A stretch of 64,000 nt of DNA from Gekko japonicus (lineage: Eukaryota). The DNA is taken from positions 1,098,032 through 1,162,031 of the forward strand of contig NW_015169177.1 in NCBI RefSeq assembly GCF_001447785.1. The letters are read 5' to 3'. The notes beneath the pieces were generated by a model, which did no database searches, was not told the DNA's origin, and saw nothing but the letters and a program-made list of their open reading frames with translations. Shown in pieces: positions 12,441 to 26,345 of the stretch; position 1 is the first letter of the stretch, and each line of letters opens with the position of its first letter. A program made the translations under genes and the position numbers.

Positions 12441-13257
12441 AGAGGAAGCTGTCAATGTTGTAGGAGAGTACAAAAGGATTTTTGTTTTAATTACAAAAAG
12501 TCTTCCTTCTCTGTCACCAGCATTATCCAAAAGCAGCCCACAAAACTGAGTGGCATTGTACTTTACAAGCAATAATCTATATTTTAAACTACTTCCAGTG
12601 CTCTCCAAGTGGAAAGCAAAAGAAAAACTGATGTGTGCCTCCAGCCTATTAAGGGCCATCATTAAACCTGTGAACTGTGCTACTGAAAGTCAGTATTCTG
12701 AAATTTGACTTCTAAAGTATTCATCATTGTAAATGAGAAAATATTTTATGATTGCCACTGGAAAAATTGTGGGTGATTTTTCCTACCTACTTTCCAATAA
12801 TTTTTATTATTGAAATTAAATTATTTAAATTAATTTAAATTATAAAATGTACACTCATCTCCATATGTACTTTCGTCTCTGTATACCATTTGATTGCATG
12901 TGATACTATATAGAGCTTGGGAGTAGGATCTACATTGGTGTGTCTTTTTCATGCAACTGTAGATCTGCCGTGTTCAGCTTTAGTTGAGAAACAGATATTG
13001 GTTTCTGTTTCCTATCATTATTTTCAGGGTTGGCTGCTTGTGAATATTTTATAGTGCCTTCCAGTGCACAGTAAAAAAAGAAAAGAAAAGATGAAGATAT
13101 ATAAGCAAGCATTCTCTATTGTGGTTGATGTAGTTAATTTTTAATCTGTATTTCTTGATGGAAAATCATCTTATGAAAATGTAATAGTATCAGTTATTTT
13201 TAAAAAGGACAAAGATTTTATGTAATAGAGTATAGAAGACTTTGAATTCTATTGTTG

Positions 13258-13418
13258 CTTGGGGGGGCAACAGTGGGAGGGCTTCTAATGTCCTGGCCCC
13301 TCTGGTGGACCTCCTGATGGCACCTGGCATTTTTGGCCGCTGTGTGACAAGATTGTTGGACTGGATGGGCCATTGGCCTGATTCAACATTGGCTTTTCTT
13401 ATGTTCTCATGTTCTTAT
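13258..13418 (+). mobile_element. CR1 LINE 3' end
   Basis: GTTGGACTGGATGGGCCATTGGCCTGAT..CAAC followed by an 8-nt TTCTTATG-type repeat tail. Confidence 0.75.
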
Positions 13419-15021
13419 TGTTACCGAGAGAAAGAAGCCCTCCCAAATAAATGAGCAACATCTTTAGGACGGTTCAGCTCTTTCATATTATGGATCGGCA
13501 GCTTCTGTTGAGCAAATGAGCAGCCATTATCCTTGACCCAGAGATCTTGTGCCTAGAAATGACATGGCAACCTCCCTCAAGCATCCATAAATGCTTGGTG
13601 AGAGCCTCCTTGGTGGTATCCAACTTGACTGCTCAGGGCTCAGAGCTCAGAGCTGGGGGTGGCCTATCCAGAAATACAGGATGCATAGACAGAGAAGGCC
13701 ATACTCTTCTGCATCCCAACCTTGGATACACTGTGATTCAGTATGGGATGAGTTTTTCTGTTGGTTGCTGCAGTTTTCTTATCTTACTGATAATCAAGTG
13801 CCAACTTTGTTTAGTTTATCCCAACTAATGGTGTCAGCTCAGCTCCTCTTATTCCATGTCTGTCTGCAGTGCTGAATTTGCCAACTTTACACTCTGCTTT
13901 GTTTCAGGATCATTCTTCTCTTCCTCCTCCCATGCCATCTATTGATATAAACTATTACGATGCATGACCTTTTATAGAGGCCAATTTTCTGATTCTACAG
14001 TACATTATTATTGTAACATTTTAGTTCCAGCCAAACATTAATCACCATCCATTACTCAATCTGAATTGCTTGTTAACATCCCTAGATCAATTATTTGACT
14101 TGATTTTTTAAAAAAATATTGTTTGCTTTGGACTTGGAAATGCTAATATGTAGTAAAGATGTATTTACATTCTATCGAACCATGCCAGCCAGCTTAGAGT
14201 ATAAAAAGAAAATGGTAAATAAAAGTGTTGACTTTATGAACAATTAAGGATTTGGAATATGAAGTAAAAATGGGTTTGTGGAAAGCTTGTGCTGGTTAGC
14301 AGCTTGGTGAACAGATGTCTCTGTTTGCTGTAAGTTCCAAGTTGATGAAGGCAAGATACTAATTTGCAGGGCCTCTTTTGACAGCCAAAGGAACACTTGC
14401 AAAATAGGCTTGGGTAGTAATTTTATAATTCATAACTGCCTTTTATGAAAGTGAATAAAAACAGAACATTCAGGCTTTGATTCAAAAACCTGCAATGCAG
14501 GCACCTCAAATCCCATCTAAGAAACTTCTGCAAATAAGAAGACAGCAAGGGCGAGCTTGGGTTGATGTAGAGGAAAATGCAGTTTTACTTATTTGCATAG
14601 CCATGCAGTATTTTATTACATTTATGTTACAGTATTGGACATATATTATGGAAATTTGTAATCCTTTTAGTAATGTTTTCTAATCCCATGGAAACAAGAA
14701 ATATTATGCTTCATGGCCTCTAGCATAACATAAGTTGTATGGTCTGATATGCAGAGGCTTCCCTGTTAGTAAGAAATCCATCACTTTTAGTATTATGCAA
14801 ATTAAGCCTAAGTGTGCCCAGAGGTATTGCTTTATATTGCAGTAATCTGGCTGCTGAGATATTGTTCTGCCCCTTAATAGATGAGATCAGATGGTTGTAC
14901 AATTTAATAATTTATCTAATGTGGTATCATAGAATCACAGAGTTGGAAGGGGCCATATGAATTGGTCTAAATGCCTGATCAAGTAATACATGGAGTTGGT
15001 TCAGTTTTATGTATGCTGGCA

Positions 15022-15215
15022 CCAGTGTTCCCTCTAAACTGAGTTAGTCTGAGCTAGCTCACAGTTTTTTAGCCTCCAGCTCACAGATTTTTGTCTTTGC
15101 TCAGGAAGGATGGCTCCAGAGCAAAGTAATGTATGCAGCAGCCAAATCGATCGCTCACAACTTTAATGCTAGTAGCTCACAAAGTAGAATTGTTGCTCAC
15201 AAGACTCTACAATTT
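15022..15215. mobile_element. hAT-like MITE, truncated
   Basis: Starts CAGTGTTCCCTCTAA with repeated GCTCACA subterminal motifs; right TIR not seen. Confidence 0.55.
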
Positions 15216-16149
15216 AGTCAAAAGTAGAGTAAATCAAATTTATTTCCTACACTTTTTGTGACTGAAATTTTTACAAAATAAGGAGCTGTTGAAATAAGGC
15301 TTCTATTCCAAATGAGCTTTAAACTTCAAATGAAGAGCTAGTAAATCCCTTGGAGTAGTGAATCCCGTGTAGAGTATCTTGCAATAGTATTGTAAGAGTC
15401 AGTTGAATGGACCAGGCCTAAAATGTGTAAGTGCAGAATTATCTATTCAGACCTTGAAGGTGGCATAGACCTGCTTCACGTGTGTTACATCTTAAAGTTA
15501 CCTTTTATCCTGCTTTTCTAACTAAATAGTTTCTAAATACAGCATGACAACAAAAGAGCCATTCTGAGAACTAAAGATTGATAATGTTTTAACTATAAGA
15601 CTGGTTTTAAATTGTGATGTTATTTATTGTATATTAAATTGTATAGTTTATTGTTTATTTAATTGTATATCTATTGTTCGTTTAATTGTTGGAAGCTGCC
15701 CTGAGCCCTGCTTGGCGGGGAAAGGAGAGGGATAAAAGTTTAACAAACAAACAAGTAAATAAAGCAGGATTGAAGCCACTCGTTGCAGCAGGAGTGTGAA
15801 TTAAAACCAATGAAAGAGCCAGAAACAAGACTTGGATAACATTAAAGGCTTGTAAAAATAAAAATGTCATTACCCAGTGCCTAAAACTCTTACAAGTCAT
15901 TGTCAGATGAATGAATGTGGGTGTCGCAATAGAAGCAGCCTTATTTCCAGTAACCACCGTCTCAATGCTGATGGTGGGGAATGGGCCTCTAATTTTACTA
16001 CTGTCTGGATTCATATGGGAGTAGGCAGTCCTTAAGATACCCCTGTCTAGATCATTTACGGTTTTAAAGGTTAAAACTAATACACTGAATTTGGCTCTAC
16101 AACCATAGGAAGGTGATTACTGAACCAGAAGTTACTGGATCGCTGGTGC

Positions 16150-17062
16150 CGGTGCTGGAGGTTAGGAGTTTGGGAGTGGTCCTGGATGCCTCCTTAACAA
16201 TGGAGGCCCAGGTAGCAGCCACTGTCAAGTTGGCCTTTTATCATCTTCGGCTGATTAGGTAGTTGGTTCCCTTCCTTGAACGCAATGACTTGGCAACGGT
16301 GAGCCATGCGATGGTCACCTCGAGGTTGGACTACTGTAATGCTCTCTACATGGGGCTGCCCTTATCACAAATCCGGAAGCTACAGCTGGTGCAAAATGCT
16401 GCAGCCAAGCTGTTGATGGGCCTCCCAATACAGGAGCACATTCAGCCTGTGCTGAAGGCATTGCACTGGCTACTGATAGCATACCGAATTAACTTTAAGG
16501 TGCTGGTTCTTTCCTTTAAAGCCCTTTATGGTCAGGGAACTATATACCTGAGGGATCGCCATTCTCCGCATGTCCCCCAGAGAGCACTGTGATGCAGGTC
16601 TCACCATTGACTCACCCTTCCTGGACCAAAGGATGGCAGGCTAGCTTCAACCAGGGCCAGGGCTTTCTTGGTGGCAGCTCCTGGAGGAGATCAGGGCCCT
16701 GTGGGACCTTATGCAGTTCCGCAGGGCCTGCAAGATGGAGCTGTTCCGCCAGGCATTCAATTAGGAGCCACCCCAGGGGGATGCCCTGCCCCCTGAAATC
16801 TTTGAGTCAGCCTGAGCCACCTGCAGAATATTAGATCGAGATCGACCACTAGGACAGCACGGAAGTCTGAGCGCTATCCCAAATGTAATGTTAAACTATT
16901 ATCTGTTTAATAGTATTACTTTTATTGTTAGCACCTTTTAATGTTGTAATTGTTATATGGTTTTATGATCACTATACTATTTATTGCTGTTTTTATCCTG
17001 TTGTAAGCCACCCTGAGCCAGCCATGGCTGGGAAGGCAGGGTATACATGTAATAAATAAATG
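16150..17062 (+). mobile_element. L2 LINE 3' fragment
   Basis: LGVVLDASL...VTSRLDYCNALY..LQLVQNAAAKLL..LHWL (ORF 16263-16592), with L2 tail. Confidence 0.92.
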
Positions 17063-18792
17063 TAGATACAGTGTTTACTGCTTTCTGCAAGCCATTGATT
17101 TCCAATATTATTTTCTGGATTGCAGTCTGTCCCATTTCACAAACCTTTGCCAATGAATCAGGCTTTGCCTAACATGTTTGCCAACACTTATTTACTTGCT
17201 GTTTCAGTGGCCTAATACCTGTTAACGTTTGATCAGATATCTTCACCATCACCCATATTTTGTTATTGTAAGCAATTCCCTTTCCATATCCATTCCTGTA
17301 AATACTACTCTTCCTGCTAAACTTGTAGAAAGCATTTGCAGTGGTTTTATTTGATGTTCTTGTCACCCTGTAACTGACTGAATTTTCTTGACGTTAGGAT
17401 AGGGTTGTGGAGAGAACATCTGAGTGTCAAATTAATTAATTGGCAGATTTGTGTTTAATATGATTGGAAGAAGCATTTCCTAATGATATCATTGTAACAT
17501 GTTCCTGCTATTCACCTCTGGTAATAAGCCCCTCCCCCCGGTACTAACAGTATTGAGGACTGGTTGTCACAGGATGATGCTGGCATTAAATAAGACAGGC
17601 AAGTGTTGACTTGTGTGTGATGGGCACCATTAAAAAATTGTCATATTTTTATTGCCTAAGTACGTTACCTTTCCTTGGATTTTGTCCTTGGCTATGGTAC
17701 TGTATAGAGATGAGAAATCATGTAATGTACATGTGTGTATGAGATCATCTTTTGATCTTCTCCATATTTATGTATTCCACCTTTCTTCTTTATAAGCGCA
17801 TACAGAGGGTTCCCAGCGATCTTACCTGTAGTTCCTTAGTTCTAGCAGGGTTGCTGTACTGTGTGCCCTTCCAACCCTATCCCACCTTATATTCCCTCCT
17901 GGCTTTTGTCTATTGTATATTCTTGTTCATTAAGATAGACAGCATGAGACTAAAGTTCAATATCCACCTATTCCTGTTCACATTTCGAAGTAATGAGGCT
18001 GTTTGCTTCACATGAAAGAGAGAATCTCATCTTAAATTTAATTAACTGTTTAAGTGTTCCGTGCAAACGTAAAAGAACTAGAAGCCTTTTCAAAGTTGCA
18101 TACCCAGAGGCCCAAAGCATGTAACTGGCACAAAACCTTTTTGTCTAGCTTTAAAGTGTAATGCAGAAACAGATCTTGCTTTGCTTTTAAACTGCAGCTC
18201 TTCTGAGTACATTGGAGCTTATTCTGGATTTCTCCCCAAGATTCAGAAGTGCCTTCATGAGCAATGTGAGGGGGTACTTTCAGAAGGAGGCTTGGAAGCT
18301 TCCTTGTGTAAACCGTGTCACCATGTACTCCTTGTTTTTGGCTTGTCTGTGTGTGTGTGAGGGGAGAAATGTGTAACTTGTGCTTGTACCCAGTATCATT
18401 ATGTTTTCTTTGACTCTGTTTTGGGCAAGCAGTGTACAAATAGAACCTGTGCTAATTTGCTTAAAAAGCCAAAAAATAACTGTTTTGGAACTGAATGTTC
18501 TGTCAACATTCACTTCCTTCTCAAAATTATAATTAGATATAAGCAGACAAATGAAGTTCTTGTCAGCGTTACAAAAGTTGGAAGGTGAGGTTCTAAAACC
18601 ACAACTCAATGCATTGCATTGTGTAATTGTAATTATCCTGTCTAACATGCATATAGAGTTTCAGTTTACTTAATTGTTAAGCCAGTTGAATATTACCCTT
18701 GTATCCTTGATTTAGGCAAGAGTATGAGGAAAAGTGTGTATACTATTATGGTAGAAGGGAAGCAAAGGAGTTCAGCATATGTAAGCATAGTA

Positions 18793-19174
18793 CAGTGATC
18801 CTCACTGTCTCAGGAGCCACATGTGCCTCTTTGACATGCCATCTGTGGCTCTCCTGAGCAGTGTTTCCCAATGAGCCATCTGCCCTCTGTTTCAGGAAGG
18901 GATGCAAGGCTCTTGCTCAGTGGGGCTTGTGGTTGGCATTGGCAGGTGGCTCCCGTCTTGCAACAGTCACAACCAGAGGAATGGGTAAGCTGTGAGCCTT
19001 CTTGCATTCCGCATGCAATGGATGGAAGTAAAAAGCTGCTCTTTTGGTTAATGGCAGCTATGAATATGGCAGTCTGTGAGCTGTGGAGTGAGTACCACGC
19101 TGCTGTAGTGACATGCTTTCTTCTGAGCTTGTGGTGCTGCCATTGTGGAGCAGAGAATAACTTTTGAGGAGCAC
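18793..19174. mobile_element. hAT-like MITE
   Basis: Imperfect TIR CAGTGATCCTCA / TGAGGAGCACT; GAGCCAC/GTGGCTC subterminal motifs. Confidence 0.55.
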
Positions 19175-19263
19175 TTAGGTCAGTGGCAGGTTAGTGCTTT
19201 GCATTTTGAAGTATTCTGGTATCTCCAGTTCAAAAGAGAATTCCAAAATGTATTGGATGACCT

Positions 19264-19591
19264 CAGGGCTCTTTTTGAAGAAAAAGCCCAGCAGGAACTC
19301 ATTAGCATAATAGGCCACACCCAACAGCAGTCACTCATTAGCATATTGGGCCACACCCCTGACAGCACAGCTCATTAGCACATTAGGCCGCACCCACATG
19401 TTACCAGAAGTGTGGTTATCCAGCCACACCCACCTTTTGCTTGTAGGCCACACACCCCTAATGTAGCCAATCCTAATGAGTTTTTGCTATTGGGTGTGAC
19501 CTATTATGCTAATGAGTTCCTGCTGGGCGTGGCCAACTTGGGAGCCAGCCGGAACTCCGTTCCTGTGCGTTCCTGCCCCAAAATAGCCCTG
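19264..19591. mobile_element. hAT MITE inserted into a SINE remnant
   Basis: TIR CAGGGCT/AGCCCTG; perfect 8-bp TSD GATGACCT (19256-19263, 19592-19599); SINE core continues on the right. Confidence 0.9.
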
Positions 19592-22219
19592 GATGACCTT
19601 AGGCCAGTCACTGTCCTTCAACTTAATCTACCTCCTGGGCTTTTGTGTGGCTGGAGAAGGAATCGTATATGTAATTTGAACTTTTTGAAAAAAATGCAGG
19701 GCAAAAGAAAACCATCATGCATGTAGCAGACATTGCATTGTTACTCATATAACTTATATAATAACCAGCAATGAAAACGGCACTTTGCCTCCATCTAAAA
19801 TTTAACCTAAGGGATAAGGAGAAATGGGAGTAAAATGTGTGTTCACTGCAGTTACAGGTGTTCAGGCTTCATTTCAGTAGGGATGGGATTGTGCCAAAGG
19901 TTTTAGGGTCTTTTTAAAGTCAATCTGGAGCAACCTTTGTTTGTCTAGACTGCTCTTGTAAAATACAGACAAATTAAATTGCAGCAGCTTCAAGATGCAA
20001 ACTCAGCAGTTTAAATTTAAACAGTTCTGTTCATATCATTACCATTCTAGGTTTAACTTGCTTCTCTTCTCTCTCAGGTCCAATTTGTCAAATAACCCCT
20101 ATTAATGCATTAATAGGGAAAGCATGACATTGGGGGTTCTGATATAGGAGCCACCATTTTAAACACAAATTGGCCACCCTAGCATTGTTCACTTCAGTAC
20201 ACATTTGGAAAGATGCCTATTCACCTCCTGGAACAGTATTAACATTTACAGCTAGTCTCTGGATGGATAGCCCCCACTTTGCTTCGCACAGTGTTGCAGA
20301 TGTGTTGTTTTCCGATTGTGCTGTGATCTGTACCCTGTAACTTTGGTATTCATGTTGCAGCAGTGACCAAGGTCAGTGATTTCTGCATGGTGTGCCTACA
20401 GTAATGCCAAGTGTCAAGACTGCCTCTGGTAGGTGCTTTTGGAGGTGCCATTCTGGTTGTATGCAACTTGGTAGCACATAAACTGGCTAATCTCTTAAAG
20501 GATCTGCTGTTTATGTTATTAGTATAATAGACATTGTTGAGAGCAATTAAATGAAAACGAAGGGAATTTAGAATTATATTTAAAGTGGCAACTGTTTATT
20601 AATAGTAATTAACATAAAAGCACAGCTGTTAAAATTGGAGGGCATGATAAGGAGGTGGAGGGTGTGCTTCCCTCATGACCTCTGGTAGTAGGGAGGAGGG
20701 TTCCCTTCTGGCTGAAGGGGTTTTCTCCTCAGCCCCCAGTATCAGAGGCAACCCTGTCCAGCTTTCTTTTCAGGTATAGAAGAATATAGAAATACAGAGA
20801 TGAGCGTATAAAACAGAAGCTAGTAGACTGAATGGGTAATAAATTAATTGAAAATTAAAGGAAGATGTATTAATGGTTAGAATGTGATTTAGAGGGAGTT
20901 GTACGGTGGTTTTATATGCGGGTAGGATATGGGAATAAGAAAAAGAAGAGGATACAATCTGGATTTGGATTAAGTTTAATTTGTCAGTTATATAGATGAA
21001 ATGTAACCTCATGTTTAAATACATAAATACATACATATATACATACAAATAAATACATACTGTATGAAATAGTTCTATGAAAGATATACTCTACAAAATA
21101 AAAATAAGGATCTGCTCTGCCACATGCTTGAACAAGTTCAACTCCCTGCGTACTTGTCTTGTACGTGCACTAAATTTTCTCAGCTTGTCAATTCTTTTTC
21201 CTGATTGGGTTGTAATTATTTTTAGTGCTTTCAGACATGTCAAGCCATGACTTTAGATTTAAAACAGAGGTTAGCATTTTTGGGTTATGTGTGTATCTTT
21301 CCCATTTATATAGAGCTAAAGGGGATTAGTGCTGTTTGGAAATATATTTTGTGAATGTTACGCTAGTCAAAGGAAATCTGAGCCATGTACATGTTTGGTC
21401 TTTGTTCTCCCTGCTCCTTTTCTCAATACAATGGGTGATTGTGCTGTAAAGAACAGTTTATAAAAAAACAAACAGCTCACCAATAAACTTTAATTCTTGA
21501 AGAACAAGGTTCAGGAAATAAGCTTGTGTTGTAGGTATAAATAGCATCTAGTTTATGCCCAAACAGCTGAAAGGCTTTCCTCCCTGTTTACTGTAAGTCT
21601 CTTACAGTTGCGATTGCCTGTCTTCAGCCTTTCTGGACAAAATGGATGCATTTAGAAATGTAGGGGAATAAAATGAAATTTTTTACAAAGATGAATATAG
21701 CAACAACAAAAACGTAAATTCACTGTGTGTCCTATTGGAGGAACTAATAGTCTCAGCAGGCATGTAACTGCAAATGAAAAGAGGATCAGGAGACCCCAAA
21801 AATTTTGAACCGTGATGGTGAAATAACAAAGGATAGACCTAGATGGAAATCTTGCCCCAGTGAAACTAATAAAAAGAATGTAAGCTACAGTATTCCTTAG
21901 AAGGTGCAGGGAGGAAATTAAGAGAGCTGAAATAGATTTTGCGGAGTTAATAGTGCTCCTGAAAGCCTTCTCTTTTACAAGATGTAATTCTGCAAAGCTT
22001 GTAAAATGCGGACTCTATGGGTAAGCTAAACATTTTTGTGGGAAGTGGACACCCCATGTAATTGTTTGATCTTTTCATGTTTAGATTGTAGGCTAGAGTT
22101 GGCTCAGGTTTAGCCAATACAACACGAAACATCCAATGTGAGTGTTTTGTGGTGGCTGATTTCAGATGTGTGATGGAGAGTGGAAGATGTTTGTGAAATC
22201 TATCCCCTCTCTCCACTGC

Positions 22220-22620
22220 CTAGTAGTCATGTATGGCTGAGAGGGTTGGACTATAAGGAAGGCTGAGCACCGAAGAATAGATTCTTTTGAACTATGGTGC
22301 TGGAGAAGACTCTTGAGAGTTCCTTGGACTGCAAGAAGATCAAATCAGTCAATCCAAAAAGAAATCAACCCTGACTGTTCCCTGGAAGGCCAGATAATGA
22401 AACTGAAGCTCAACTACTTTGGCCACCAAATGAGAAGGGAGCACTCACTGGAGAAGACCCTGATGCTGGGAAAGATTGAAGATCAAAGAAGACGGGTTAG
22501 ATGATTAGACAGTGTCATAGATGCAACGAACATGAAATTGGGCAAACTTCAGAGGATGGCGGAAGACAGGAAGGCCTGGTGTGATCTGGTCCATTGGGTC
22601 GTGGAGAGTCGGATTCGTTG
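22220..22620 (+). mobile_element. RTE-BovB LINE 3' fragment
   Basis: FELWCWRRLLRVPWTARRSNQSI.KEINPDCSLEG..LKL.YFGH..RR..SLEKTLMLGKIE, the BovB ORF C-terminus. Confidence 0.93.
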
Positions 22621-22639
22621 TACTCTGCCACTAAGTCCC

Positions 22640-23102
22640 CAAGTGGTGGTATCCTGAGTACAACGGTTGCTATCGATGTACCCCTCCGTCTGATTGCTCT
22701 CCACCGGTGTCTAGCCACTTCCGTTCGGAAGCCTGAGGCTTCTGATTTCCCCCCGCCATTTTTGTTTAACTAAGCGATATGCGCTTGGGTGAAGCTTCGC
22801 CATGAGCGTTTTTTTTTTAAAGCCCTTAAAAAAAAAAAGGTAAGTCCTTACCTTTAAAGTTTAAATGTAATATGGGGTGGTTTGAGCATGCGCAAGGATC
22901 GCCATTCTGTGAATGGCTGCCTATGCGCATGCTCAAACTGAGTTTAAAAAAAAAAGCCGATGCCCGCAGCATGTGAGTGGGCATACAGCAATGGGATCCG
23001 CAAAATGGAGGTGAGTGTGATCGTGTTTCAGCCGGCATAAACTTCACCAGTTCCAACCGGTACAGTTTATGCCGGCTGAAACGCCGCGTCTGAACGCACC
23101 CA
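22640..23102. mobile_element. CpG-rich MITE remnant, probably PIF/Harbinger-type
   Basis: Ends GTCTGAACGCACCC; repeated GCGCATGC motifs like those in 23820-24350; left TIR not seen. Confidence 0.5.
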
Positions 23103-23373
23103 GTATGTGTAATCTTCCACCCAAGCCTTCACTGAGCTGGGTTTGAGGAGTTTCAAGGTTAGCTTTGATTCCTTGCATCTCTTTTCCTAGCAACTATTGA
23201 GTGCTTAGTATTTCAATTGGCATCAAAGTGATAGTTTTTGCTGTGTCTGGATAGATCATGCATCCTGTCGTGAGTGGTCAGGACAGCAAGGAATGTGAGA
23301 TAGGATTGTGACTAACAAGTAAGCATTTCCATGTTTGGATTCATAATACAGGTGCTTTTGTATACCTCTAATG

Positions 23374-23672
23374 CAAGGGTCCTCAACATGGTGCCCATGA
23401 GTTTCGTTGCACCCACTGACACCTTTCTTGATGCCCGCTAAGTGTTTTTAGAGAGTGGGTGAGCTCAGGTGGGGCTTTTGCCTAACAAGGCTTCTGATTG
23501 GCTATTGGCAATTTGATTGGCTGTGCAGATTTTTAGAAACATTCTTTTGGCAGCAGCTGCCACCACAGGACAATGGCTCTGCGTCCTGCAGCAGCCGTTG
23601 TATGGCTGTCCCTGCAACACTGTGTCAGAATTCCACAGATGTCCACAGGTGTAGAAAGTTTGGAGATCCTTG
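23374..23672. mobile_element. hAT MITE
   Basis: TIR CAAGGGTCCTCAA / TTGGAGATCCTTG; 8-bp flanks CTCTAATG / CTCTGAAG. Confidence 0.7.
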
Positions 23673-23819
23673 CTCTGAAGTAGCTCTTGATGAGAGGAAT
23701 ACAATGGTCATTAAGGGCCGTTAGATGCAGCTTCTATTTCTTTGGTTGTCTTAACAGAAAAGGAGAAAAAACACGGAGTAATGGATCACTAGGAGCTGCA
23801 GGCTATAGAGAAAAAGTAA

Positions 23820-24350
23820 GGCTGCGGTCACACGTAACAGAAGCCACACAAGTGAGACGGAAAACAGCCGGAGTTTCCGGGCGCGATCTCACCAGCACAT
23901 CTGGGAAGCGTAGCACTCCCGTGGCTCAACCGAGGCTTCCAGCCGAAACTGCGTGGCAAAAAACTAGTACCTTGGAGGTACTAGTTTCCAGAAACTGCGG
24001 GGCAAGGACGGGCGTCTGATCGCGTTTCCGGTGGCATCCGGCGCCCGCCCATGTCCCCTTGCAAATAAGGTGGTTTTTTTTGTCCAAGTCTCTGTGGATG
24101 CGCATGTGCACCCAACGGAGCATGCGCATTTGTCATGTACACAAAAATAAAAAACAGTTTGCCGCGGCGCGCGCTTCTTCGTTGCGCGCCGGCTTGTCCT
24201 GTGATCAGCACCTCTCCCTTGCCATGGAACCTCCATGGAACCTCCACGGTACCTCCACAGGAGGTCTGATCACGTAACTGCGCAGTAGTTTGCCCCAGGG
24301 CAAACAGCCACGCTTCTCCTCTGCAGTTTCCTGCCCGTGTGACCGGGGCC
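23820..24350. mobile_element. PIF/Harbinger-type MITE
   Basis: TIR GGCTGCGGTCACACG / CGTGTGACCGGGGCC; 3-bp TAA TSD (23817-23819, 24351-24353); CpG-rich. Confidence 0.85.
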
Positions 24351-24630
24351 TAAGAGATGTTTTCTGTCATTCGTTTGCAAGGCTGTGTTATGAGGATCAG
24401 TCCTCAGTAATCTGTATGATATTTTGAAGGTGTATAGTTAACTGCTGTAGCTGAATGCACCAGAGGCTGATTGGGTGTGAATCATAGAGACTCTGTCTTC
24501 GAACATAGCATATTTGAGCCAGCACTTGAAATACTGTCTTTGATCCCCCAGCCTATGGTGTCCTCTGTGAAACCAACAGCGCTACCTTAGGTGCTGCATG
24601 TATTGTGCCCAGCGTCACATTACTGAGAAC

Positions 24631-26345
24631 CAGGGGTCTTTTTGGGCCGGAGCCCGACCCTGGGTCCCCCGAGCTCGCGCAAAAGCGCTGCGACTCGGGG
24701 GAGAACCGGAGAGCCCCAAGACACACTTCCAGTGAGTTATGCTCATTACCATATGCCGGTGCTTGTAGTTCCCCGGGCGCACACCACCATGCGCGGCGAA
24801 AAGGAGGTGTGCCGGGACACGAGGAGTGAGTTGGCGTGGAGTTCCGCGGGCGCCGGTCAGCCAGCTTCCCTGTTTTGGAGCAGAGGGCCTGCGGGAGCTT
24901 CTCCCGGCTTTGGTGGGGGGTAATTTAAAAACCGCCGCCCTTGGAGTTTGCAAACTTTGGCCGCCGGAGGGAGGCGGAGCGCGGCAGGCCAGCCCGCCAG
25001 CCCAGATGCAGAGACAAAGAGGCCCCCGGGTGCGGTGTTTGGGCACTCTTCTTTACCAAACGCCGGTGCTTGTAGTTCCCCGGGCGCACACCAGCATGCG
25101 CGGCGAAGAGGAGGTGCGCCCGGGACATGAGGAGCGAGTTCGCGTGGAGTTCCGTGCGTGCCGGTCAGCCGGCTTCCCTGTTCCGGGGCGGAGGGCCTGC
25201 GGGAGCTTCTCCCGGCTTTGGTGGGGGGTAATTTGAAAACCGCCGCCCCTGGAGTTTGAAAACTTTGGGAGGCGGAGCGCGGCGGGCCAGCCCGCCAGCC
25301 CAGACGCAGAAATAAAGAGGCCCCCGGGTGCGGTGTTCGGGCGCTCTTCTTCTGCCTGCCGGGTCGTGTCTGTTGTGGGTGGAGAAGCGAGCCGTGTTTA
25401 GGGATTGATCTGCAAGTGGGACCGCGGCCCGGCCGGCAAGAAGTGCTGAGAAGTTTGAAGTGAATGCTGAGGCGGGTATTGCTCCTTCCCGGCCACCCCC
25501 CTTTGGAGTTCAGGCTGGGTCTCCTTCAGCAGAGGGGCGTTTTCAGGCTGGCGGCGCCCTAGTGGGCACTCCTGGGAGGGGGTGGGCAACGCCAGATGCC
25601 TGGGGTCTCTTTGCTTGGTCATGCGGGTGGCGCGTGGGTTTTGGAGCGGGGGGGCAGAGTAGAGAGGAAGGGGGCGGGCCCTGGTTGGCGCGTTATTGAG
25701 ACTTTGAATGGAGGACTCACTTTCCCACAATGCTTTGCTCCCTTTCTCTTTAATCGCTTCTTCGGCTACACGAGGGAGGCCGGGTGAGTGCGCGAGCCTG
25801 CAAGTGGTGCGGGGGCCCCCAAAGAGTAAGGGGGCAGAAAGAGTAGGGGGAGAGCTGTCCTCTTTTAAATATCCTGCATCTGAAGGAAGACTGGAGGAAG
25901 CTTGGTCTTTCCCTCTAAAAGACCAACATTCTTTGTGAAAGGGCCTCTTTCCGTCCCCAGCCAGTAAAAGATTCCAAAAGCTTAAGGCTCGACAGTTGAA
26001 TCAAGGCGCATATTCGTGGTTTGGTATTCCTGGTGCCGATAAGTAAACCTTTTTGGAAGAGATGCTGGAAGTCCTTTTGGATGCAAGGAAGTCCTTTTGG
26101 ATTTGGAGAGGTCATTCATATTTCGCGGGGTGAATTTCTCAGCCCCAGCACTGTTTTTTCTTTGCAGACCATAGGGTATGTTTGAGAGAGTTTGGGATAC
26201 AAGTGTTTATGCCTTTATATAGCCCTAAACAGAAGCCCCGTTTATGATGTCCCCCGAGACACACTTCCGGTGATGTCAGGGGGTGTGGCATATGGTAATG
26301 AGTTATGCTAATGAGCTCCGGCAGCTCTTTTTCTACAAAAAGACC
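24631..26345. mobile_element. hAT non-autonomous element carrying ~1.5 kb GC/CpG-rich cargo
   Basis: Left TIR CAGGGGTCTTTTT and right AAAAAGACC (terminal bases lost); flanks CTGAGAAC / CAGAGAAC; right ~90 bp nearly identical to 2641-2744. Confidence 0.8.
24746..25351. repeat. Two-copy ~307 bp GC-rich tandem duplication
   Basis: GCCGGTGCTTGTAGTTCCCCGGGCGCACAC begins at 24755 and again at 25062, and the units align throughout. Confidence 0.93.

Noticed and set aside
13890-13980. Acceptor-like TTTGTTTCAG exon candidate
   Set aside because: No matching donor or convincing reading frame; the same holds for sites near 7421, 20077 and 32895.
20097-20118. 22-bp perfect palindrome CCCTATTAATGCATTAATAGGG
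   Set aside because: Lies within a small MITE-like remnant ending GGCCACCCTA, where internal symmetry is expected.
24605-25938. Many overlapping ORFs
   Set aside because: Stop-codon scarcity in GC-rich duplicated DNA; no recognisable domain.
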